DNA of 63,456 nt, filler included, from Octopus bimaculoides (lineage: Eukaryota), in the NCBI RefSeq assembly GCF_001194135.2. It is 6 parts of 6 records of this genome, joined end to end, with 100 filler letters (N's around TTAATTAATTAA, not from the genome) between each part and the next. Parts side by side here need not be neighbours in the genome. Positions count along the whole stretch, not along the records: positions 33,541 to 57,610 come from NC_068990.1; positions 57,711 to 63,456 come from NC_069000.1; 4 more parts are not named here. The stretch is one strand, 5' to 3'. Of this stretch, positions 54,713-63,456 are shown in pieces (within the stretch, counting starts at the first letter, position 1; each line of letters opens with the position of its first letter). Position numbers and translations under genes: made by a program. Under the pieces are notes generated by a model. That model saw only the letters and a program-made list of their open reading frames with translations. It was not told the origin of the DNA and did not search any database.

Positions 54713-55708
54713 AATATATGAGTATATGCATATATATGTACGTGTATGTATATACGTTCATCTACATGTACATATAGATACATAACTGGGAACATGAGGT
54801 GGCAAAAGAACAAGGACAAAATGGTAAACAAGGTGCAACAAACAAGCAGACCACATAGAAACATCCCCTTATATATATATACAGAGAGAGAGAGAGAGAG
54901 AGATTTTTGTGTATGCGTTTATGTGTTTGTGTGTATGTATGCATTTATGTATATATGTGTTTATGTATGTTTGTACGTATGTACGCATTTACATTTGTTT
55001 GGCTACTTTGAAAGTTTGCGGTGGGAAATGTTACCAAATTGTTTAGTTCTTCTAAATGAGGGACGTCTGTTATCTTTTCAAACCTCATTAGTTCGACTAA
55101 CTGGTAAACATATCCCTTGGCTTGCAAATACTAAAAGTTACTCCAACCCAATACCTTTTCGCAAACACCCCATCCCCACCAACACCAAGAAAACAAAAAT
55201 AACAACAACGTATAATACCTTAATTTTCTTAGCCAAACATGACTTATAATTAACGACATTATACAAGAAATATTCTAATGCGTAACGTATTTGCCAGAAA
55301 TTAATAAACTTCAGTGCGTTTACTATTTATCTTCAAAAGAAAGATCGGGTAAAAGATGGGAGTATTCTAAATCAGCAGACGAAATTGCTTGAGGGAATTA
55401 GTTGCTATTATTTACATTCATCGAAGTCGTCATTGGATTGCAATCTCCCAGCATTGATGAAACGGGTACCAATTATGCAAGGCAGTCGATATTATCGACT
55501 TTACCTACCCGGAAAATTTTGTAATTTTGCAGTGATATTTGGAATTAGTATTTGTTTTCGAGAGTTCAATAGTTTGGCAAATCGTTAAGAGTGTCGATCT
55601 TTAGGTACGACGCATTACGTTCTGAGTTCGAAGGACATCGATGATGAACTTACTTTTCTGTCTTTTTTCTTGAGTGGATATAATAATTGTTCGATTATAC
55701 CCGTACTT

Positions 55709-55850
55709 TATGTACATTTGACGGATATTTGTCCTCGTCTTGTTTGTTGTTAACACAACGTTTCGGCTGATATAGCCTCCAGCCTCCAATTGTGTGTTGG
55801 GGAAATTTCGAACCTGGGTTCTCATTCCTAAGGTATTTTTCGATGTTATT
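55709..55850 (-). mobile_element. PLE-like terminal repeat, copy 1 (homologous to 63215-63355), hammerhead with lost core
   Basis: Minus: ...GGCTG-GAGGCTATAT-CAGCC-GAA-ACGT-T-GTGTT; the CUGAUGA segment is replaced. Confidence 0.7.
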
Positions 55851-55856
55851 CTTATC

Positions 55857-55916
<60 letters not shown>

Positions 55917-55934
55917 NNNNNNNNNNAACCACTA

Positions 55935-56005
55935 CACCATATGGCATATTGGTTAAGAGCGCGGGCTACTAACCCCAAGATTCCGAGTTCGATTCCAGGC
56001 AGTGA

Positions 56006-56055
<50 letters not shown>
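55935..56055 (+). mobile_element. Short tRNA-derived SINE with (AAT)n tail
   Basis: A box TGGCATATTGG, B box GAGTTCGATTCC, 3' GACCTG then (AAT)n; acceptor and anticodon stems do not pair fully. Confidence 0.7.
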
Positions 56056-56163
56056 TCAAAAAATGTACACAATTTCTGATCTCTTAAATATAAAACTGGA
56101 TTATACCCGTATCTTAATCTTTGAGTCTTTAGCGATCGTCGGAAATCTGTATTGAATATTCCT

Positions 56164-56376
56164 AAGGCAACGAGCTTGCAGAAACATTACCATATTAGGC
56201 AAAATGCTTAGCGGTATATAGCCTGTCTTTACATTCTGCGTTCAAAGTCCGCCGAGTCCCACACTAACTTTCAACATTTCGAGGTCAATAAAATATAAAC
56301 CAGCCAATCACTGGAGTCGATGTGATTGATTTACCTTCCCCCGCAATTAGTGGTCTAGTGCCAACATTTGAAACAT
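56164..56376 (+). mobile_element. Dominant SINE family copy
   Basis: aaggcaacgagcttgcagaaa...aaaatgcttagcggtat...gttcaaagtccgccgag...gaggtcaataaaat...ctggagtcgatgtgattgatttacc...gtgccaacatttgaaac. Confidence 0.85.
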
Positions 56377-56861
56377 GTATTAAATATTCTTTCAAAAGGA
56401 ATTGGAAGTGCCCGGTACAACACGGTGCAAAAGCACCGCCACAGTATTGTAGCCGATACGAAAGACTATTTCTTTCAAATTTAAAACTCTTGCTTGTATT
56501 TGAAATTAATACGTATTTTCTACAGGAAATGTGGCAGCTGAAAAATTTTCCAAATCGTCGGACAAACGCATTTCAAATTCAAGCTTACAATTTCCAGTGC
56601 CTACCAAGTTGACATATGACTACAGGTCAAGTAAGAAGTTCTATTACGAGGGGTCAGGGGGCGCCATTTCGTCTCCCTCATTTTATCATTTAATTTTATA
56701 ATCATTCATCTCATTAATGTACTCGTCTAGCACACAACTGCTTCTTCTGTGCAATGCCCTAGTGGTAAATCATGAAATAAAGAAGTTCTATTAATTTTGC
56801 AACCAAATATTTAAGTTTGAAACAAATATTTATCTTTGGTGTCCCTATATATACTCTTTTA

Positions 56862-56921
56862 CTCTTTTACTCTTTTACTTGTTTCAGTCATTTGACTGTG
56901 GCCATGCTGGAGCACCGCCTT
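56862..56921 (-). mobile_element. Isolated CR1-type 3' tail (a weaker, degenerate plus-strand tail end lies at about 755-800)
   Basis: Minus: AAGGCGGTGCTCCAGCATGGCCACAGTCAAATGACTGAAACAAGT(AAAAGAGT)x3. Confidence 0.8.
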
Positions 56922-57068
56922 TATATATATATATATATTATTATTATTATTATATTATTATTATATATTATATTATATTATATTATATTATATTATATTA
57001 TACTGTATTATATCAAAACCGTTAATGAAGTCGATCTTCTTCATGAAAATTGCATCTTCGCGAAAGTA

Positions 57069-57146
57069 TTACCAGATACATGGTCCGGATTCAGTCCTGC
57101 TGCATGGTACCTTGGGCAAATGTTTTCTACTATAAAATCGGACTAG
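57069..57146 (+). mobile_element. Fragment of a second tRNA-SINE family
   Basis: catggtccggattcagtcctgctgcatggtaccttgggcaaatgttttctactata: a B-box-like element followed by the ccttgggcaag motif common to many SINE cores. Confidence 0.55.
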
Positions 57147-57294
57147 AGTAGAATGATGTATGTATACATATATATGTATATATATATACATACATGTAAA
57201 TATATACACATAGATATATATGCATATAAATTCATATATACATAATATATATGTGTATATACATATATATAAAAGATAATAAGAGTGAAAAACT

Positions 57295-57600
57295 ACAGAA
57301 GGCTTGTGTTACATGGTTAAAGTATATATTTAAATTATGTCAGAAAAATGTAAGAAAAATGTTATAAAAATGTTATAAAATCTTTTTGGTATATAAACAT
57401 TGTATTTTGAGAAATAACCGGTTTCGTGTTGTCTTTTCAAATTTCTCTACTTCATTGTGTCGTGTTCGTTCCAGTCTGAGAAAGAAGAGTTCTAGATAGG
57501 GGGAGGTAATTAGGGATTTCTTCCGGTATAGGGGAGATAATCGAAATCTAGGAGGTGGTAGAATTTGATTAATTTACCATGGTTTTGTTCTATATTTTCC
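57295..57600 (-). mobile_element. PLE-like terminal repeat, second copy, with identical U3-A8 hammerhead at 57409-57447
   Basis: Near-identical to 12974-13145; the 39-nt motif is identical. Confidence 0.7.
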
Positions 57601-58120
57601 CCCTTTTTTTNNNNNNNNNNNNNNNNNNNNNNNNNNNNNNNNNNNNNNNNNNNNTTAATTAATTAANNNNNNNNNNNNNNNNNNNNNNNNNNNNNNNNNN
57701 NNNNNNNNNNATATATATATACATTTATATACATATATATATACACATACACACAATAGAATGAACATGAATACATATTGTGACACATGACACAAGTTTA
57801 CGTATGAACTGTTTAATTAGGTGACAAACGTATAATGAGAACAGTGGCTCAGACAGACAGGCATTCGGTCGACTGACAGACAGACGGGCATACAAACTCA
57901 GAGACAGTTTGAAAGACAGGTATATACAAACGAAGTTTACATACATCCAAAGATGTACATCCATACTCTAACGGAGGCACACATATGTAATCACACACAC
58001 ACATATATACGAATACACCCACCCAAATTGTATATGTATGTGTGTATGTATAAATGTAAATACATGTGTAGGTGGATATATATATATATATATAGTGTGT
58101 ATATAATATGTAAACATGAA

Positions 58121-58151
<31 letters not shown>

Positions 58152-58205
58152 AAGTGTATATATATATATGTGTGTATGTGTATAATATATACGTATATAA
58201 ACATG

Positions 58206-58270
<65 letters not shown>

Positions 58271-58330
58271 CGTGTGTGTATGTATGTAATTGCATATATA
58301 TACATATACAGTGCGTCTGTGTAGATAGAT

Positions 58331-58379
<49 letters not shown>

Positions 58380-58669
58380 CGTAAACACATACACACACAC
58401 ACATATATATATATACACTCACACACACACTTGCACACATACACACAGAGGAGCGCGCGCACAGATGAACCTACATGAGAGACACAAGAGCGAAATGTTC
58501 GTAACACATGACAATAAAGGCATTACCAGAGGCCGGTATATCCACAACGTTTTTCCCGAACACTGCAACTGCAAGTGTAAGCTGGCTACTGTGCTATGCT
58601 GCATACATCCAACAAGTCTCTCTTCTCTCTCTGCGACTGCTGATGCGACGATGTAACCGTAGTGGTTAT

Positions 58670-59210
58670 AGCAATACAAGCAGAGTTGTTGCTGCCGCTG
58701 CTGCTGTTGCTCGCTGCTGCTGGTCTTGTTCCTGGTTTTGGTGATGCAGTCACTCTTGCTGCTGCTGCTGAGGATGATAATGCTGATAACGGTTTTTTTT
58801 TGGCGGGNNNNNNNNNNNNNNNNGGGGGGGGGGGTCCTGTTGATGTTGATAATGCTTTTGTTGTTGCTGTTGTTGTTGGCGGTGATTTTTTATGATGTCA
58901 ATGGTTGACGTTTTGTTACTTCTTGGTTTCTTGGCTGCCCTTTCTGTTGTGCGCTAAATGGTTTTAACCGACGACCCCACTCGAAATCAGACCTGATCAA
59001 ACAGCACGCGCATAATCAAAAGCAGTCCAGTCGTGACCACTGCATTCCAATTTTTGCCTAGAAGCTCGAAGCACATTATCGAACGCGCTTTTTCTGAAAC
59101 GGTTTCGCTGTGATTTGAGATACGTTTGCTGATATTTCTACCAATTCAGGCGACCATCTAAAGAACCCCGTATTTGGTTCGTAGTGGTGGTGGTGGTGGT
59201 AGTGGTGTTT

Positions 59211-59266
<56 letters not shown>

Positions 59267-59267
59267 T

Positions 59268-59299
<32 letters not shown>

Positions 59300-59309
59300 G
59301 GTGGTTGTG

Positions 59310-59346
<37 letters not shown>

Positions 59347-60942
59347 ATATGATGATGATGATGATGGTTGTGATGGTGTTGGTGGTGGTGGTAGTAGTAG
59401 TAGTAGTAATGGTTTTGTGTGAAGAGGTTGATGCGTGTGTTACAGGTTGTGGTGGAGGTAGTGGCGATGGTGGTGGTTGTGGATATGTGTTGGTGGTGTT
59501 GGTGTAAGTGATGGTGATTGTGGAGCTGTAGGTGGTGGTGATGGTGGTAGTTGTAGATGCGGTAGTGGTGGTGGTGGTGGTGGTGGTGGTGGTGTTGATG
59601 ATGTAAATGTTGGCGATGATGGTGTAGTGCCGAGGTTTGTCTTGTTGCTTTTGTTGGTAGTGGTTACGCTGATGTTAATGCTTGTGGTAGTGGTGATAGT
59701 AGTGATGGTGGTGGTGGTGGTGGTGGTAGTGGTGGTAGTGATGATGATGATGATGATGATGCCGATGGTGGTAGTATTTATTGGAGTTATAATGGCGGCG
59801 GTGGTAGTGTTTTTAGTATTGATGGCGGTGGCGTTCGAGAAGATGATGATGGTAGCAGTGGTGGTNNNNNNNNNNNNNNNNNNNNNNNNNNNNNNNNNNN
59901 NNNNNNNNNNNNNNNNNNNNNNNNNNNNNNNNNNNNNNNNNNNNNNNNNNNNNNNNNNNNNNNNNNNNNNNNNNNNNNNNNNNNNNNNNNNNNNNNNNNN
60001 NNNNNNNNNNNNNNNNNNNNNNNNNNNNNNNNNNNNNNNNNNNNNNNNNNNNNNNNNNNNNNNNNNNNNNNNNNNNNNNNNNNNNNNNNNNNNNNNNNNN
60101 NNNNNNNNNNNNNNNNNNNNNNNNNNNNNNNNNNNNNNNNNNNNNNNNNNNNNNNNNNNNNNNNNNNNNNNNNNNNNNNNNNNNNNNNNNNNNNNNNNNN
60201 NNNNNNNNNNNNNNNNNNNNNNNNNNNNNNNNNNNNNNNNNNNNNNNNNNNNNNNNNNNNNNNNNNNNNNNNNNNNNNNNNNNNNNNNNNNNNNNNNNNN
60301 NNNNNNNNNNNNNNNNNNNNNNNNNNNNNNNNNNNNNNNNNNNNNNNNNNNNNNNNNNNNNNNNNNNNNNNNNNNNNNNNNNNNNNNNNNNNNNNNNNNN
60401 NNNNNNNNNNNNNNNNNNNNNNNNNNNNNNNNNNNNNNNNNNNNNNNNNNNNNNNNNNNNNNNNNNNNNNNNNNNNNNNNNNNNNNNNNNNNNNNNNNNN
60501 NNNNNNNNNNNNGGTGGAGGAAGGGGCAAAAGAAGTGGTAGAGGAGGAAAAGGAATGAACGGAGAGGAAGGGAGAGGAAAAGGGGAGGTTGAGTAGATGA
60601 GGGGGGGAGAAAGCGGAGGTGAAATAGTGCGAGGAGAGAGGAGAATCTCGTAGAAAAGCATAGATGTGTGAAAGCGAGTGAGAGAGAGAGAGAGAGAGGG
60701 GGGAGGGGATGAAGAGAACGAAGGGGGAAAGGAGGGAAGAGAATGAGGGTGAGGAATAGGAGGAAAAAGGAAAAGGAAAGAGTGAGAGAGTGAGAGGGAG
60801 AGTTGTACAGAGAGGATGAGAGGTAAGAAAAGGGAGTAAAGTGTTTAGAGTTGTAGTGTAAGTTGGAAAAAGTGTGTGTGTGTGTGTAAGAGAAAGAGAG
60901 AGAGAGAGACAGAGAGAGAGAGAGACAGAGAGACAGAGAGAC

Positions 60943-60973
<31 letters not shown>

Positions 60974-61000
60974 CACAGAGAGAGACACAGAGAGAGAGAC
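58670..61000. repeat. Compound GCT/GGT/AGT/GAT trinucleotide and GA-rich arrays around a gap
   Basis: Direct reading; source of the 300-700 aa low-complexity ORFs. Confidence 0.9.
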
Positions 61001-61152
61001 ACAGAGAGAGAGACAGAGAGAGAGAGAGACATGGGTGAGAGAAAAAGTTGAAATATGAGTAATACTTAGATTTAATAAGATGTAGAAGGAGTGAACACGA
61101 GCGTGAGTACAAAGTGAGACTCAGAATAGAAAGACATATGTTAAGCGAAAGG

Positions 61153-61195
<43 letters not shown>

Positions 61196-61797
61196 GTAGC
61201 GCGTGGTACACAGAGAGGAAAAGGGTGAGACTGAGAGATGAAACAGAAACAGAGGCACGAGAAGGAGAGAATAAGTATGAGTGGGAGGGGAAAAGAAGGT
61301 GTGAGTGAGAGTGAAAGTTAGGCGATATGAGTGAGGGAGGGAAAAGAAAGAAGACACTGTTCAAAGATGGACTCTTTGTCTCTTTCTGTCTTTCTTTCGT
61401 TCTTTCTTTCTTTCTTTCTTTCTTTCTCTTTCTCCCGTAGTGTAAGAAAGCATGAAAGAGAGAATATGAAAAAGAAAAGAGATTGAGGGTGGAAGACAAA
61501 AAGTATGGTGGAATTAAGATCGTCATAGAAAAGAAAGAAATGGCGAGAAATGTTGATAGCGAAAAAGGGGGCGGAAGAGAGAAATCGAGAAGGAGAGAGA
61601 GAGAGAGAGAGAGAGAAGAGTAAAGTATGAGCAAGAACAATGAATGGAGGAATGAGAGGTGAATGAACAAGGAAATGAAAGCTACGAAAGAGAAAACAGA
61701 GGAGGAAAGTAGAATGAGTGTGAGAGGGAAAGGAAAGCAGAAACGGTAAGGCAGGAATAAAAGGAGACAGACATCTAGATATATAGATAGATAGATT

Positions 61798-61866
<69 letters not shown>

Positions 61867-62101
61867 GTAGATAGACATGCATCAAACACTGACTGATATA
61901 TATATATATGTTGTTGTACTTGGGGATAATACGTATATATATATATGTATATATGTAAGTACGAACATATGCATTTTGTGTATGTATATATGTGTGTGTG
62001 TGTATGTGTGTGTGTGTATGTGTATGTGTGTGTGTGTATGTGTGTGTGTATTTGCTCATATATATGGGAGGAAGAATATGTATAGAGATAGATAGATAGA
62101 T

Positions 62102-62155
<54 letters not shown>

Positions 62156-62294
62156 TCAGACCGGCTGGCAGAATGACAGACAGACATATGCAAGTTCATC
62201 CATGCAAAATAAGGTGAGGAAATGGCACTAGGATAACAAAGCTAGAGCAAAATATAATGGTTTATTGAAACTAAAAATCTTCAGAAACTATTAC

Positions 62295-62640
62295 ACAGGG
62301 TTTCACGAAGTCGATCATCAGACAGAGAGAACTCTCACAACAATACCGTTATATTTCTACAAAATCAAATAAAGTAGACGAATATCATCATATTTCTCCA
62401 AAGTCAAGTGAGGTATAAGAACTGCATCTGGAGAAGGTCAAGATCTTAGAAAATAGATGGGAAATCGTCTCTCTAGATCGGTCATTGTGGCGGAAAAACC
62501 GTGCAAGTTGGGTGGAGGAAATTCGAACGAAATCGCTTCCATCATGAATAGCTCAAGTGATGTTCGCAAGGGACTTGATGTGAACTTTGGTGATTATATT
62601 GATGCACAGGATAATTTAATATGTAAAGAGTGGATGCGTG
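62295..62640 (-). mobile_element. PLE GIY-YIG endonuclease C-terminal remnant followed by a degenerate hammerhead (62295-62325)
   Basis: Minus frame SLHIKLSCASI*SPKF..SPLRTSLELFMMEAISF resembles the CA..Y....F..L..R...L..LEA..I end of PLE endonucleases. Downstream: TGT-CTGATGA-TCGACTTCGT-GAAAC. Confidence 0.55.
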
Positions 62641-62696
62641 TCTGTCTAGGTAAAACGAGATACAGAACTCGTCAGAAAAGCTACACACACACACAG

Positions 62697-62727
<31 letters not shown>

Positions 62728-62957
62728 GGGAAATTGTTAACAATGCCTTAAAAAGTATCAATTATGGCAAGTATTGTTGAAAATAATGTACCTCATGAAA
62801 CGGACAGGAAGATACGACAAACAATAGTATAACATCTAATGCAAGAGGTATCCATTGTTGTCACATGTGTCCAACGGTGTGTTAGTCCCTATGCTACTGA
62901 CGGTTAGGAGACAATTCTCAAATCGAATTACAACCATCATGTATGTATGTATGTATC

Positions 62958-63135
62958 ATGTATGTATGTATCATGTATGTATTATGTATGCATGTATGTA
63001 TGTATCATGTATGTATTATGTACGCATGTATGTATGTATCATGTATGTATTATGTATGCATGTATGTATGTATCATGTGTGTATTATGTATGCATGTATG
63101 TATGTATCATGTATGTATTATGTATGCATGTATGT
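62958..63135 (+). repeat. 34-bp minisatellite, about 5 copies
   Basis: Unit ATGTATGTATGTATCATGTATGTATTATGTATGC repeated with single substitutions. Confidence 0.9.
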
Positions 63136-63256
63136 AGGTAGGTAGTTCAAAATATACAAAACAAAAAGACAGAGAGAGGTGAGAGAACAACAAGCAAGGA
63201 ACATTATTTACATTATTTACATTTGACGTATGTTTGTCCTCATCTTGTTTGATGTT

Positions 63257-63302
63257 AACACAATGTTTCGGTTGATATACCCTCCAGCCTTCATCAGGTG
63301 TC
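63257..63302 (-). ncRNA. Type I hammerhead motif within PLE-like repeat copy 2 (63215-63355)
   Basis: Minus: GACAC-CTGATGA-A-GGCTG-GAGGGTATAT-CAACC-GAA-ACAT-T-GTGTT. Core intact; single lesions in stem II and stem III. Confidence 0.68.
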
Positions 63303-63357
63303 TTGGGGAAATTTCGAACCTGGTTTCTCATTCCTAAGGTATTTTTCGATGTTGTTG

Positions 63358-63428
<71 letters not shown>

Positions 63429-63456
63429 TAGTTTTATTTTTATAACGTGCTTTCAC

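Noticed and set aside
55935-56010. Possible tRNA gene (anticodon ACT)
   Set aside because: Acceptor stem does not close, the anticodon stem has only 3 pairs, and it ends in (AAT)n; better explained as a SINE.

Overview
AT-rich, microsatellite-saturated eukaryotic genomic DNA from a gapped draft assembly. The SINE families and repeat landscape suggest a coleoid cephalopod, probably Octopus; this is an inference, no search was run. Nearly all ORFs in the supplied track are artefacts of microsatellites or N-gaps. The window is mostly decayed transposable elements: two complementary mariner pieces, Tc1-like pieces, hAT MITEs, a 37-bp-TIR MITE nested in a SINE, CR1-, RTE-, R4/RLE- and L1/Tx1-like LINE fragments, Penelope-like element (PLE) remnants, and more than a dozen tRNA-derived SINE copies. 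One credible host exon lies at 11597-11899 (-): signal peptide plus a PAN/apple-like Cys pattern, with canonical splice sites. The most notable unannotated signal is a set of type I hammerhead-ribozyme motifs from several sequence-unrelated PLE-like repeats. These include two identical copies with a U3-A8 compensatory core and one near-intact copy between inverted pseudo-LTR arms. No CRISPR array, rRNA or convincing tRNA gene was seen.
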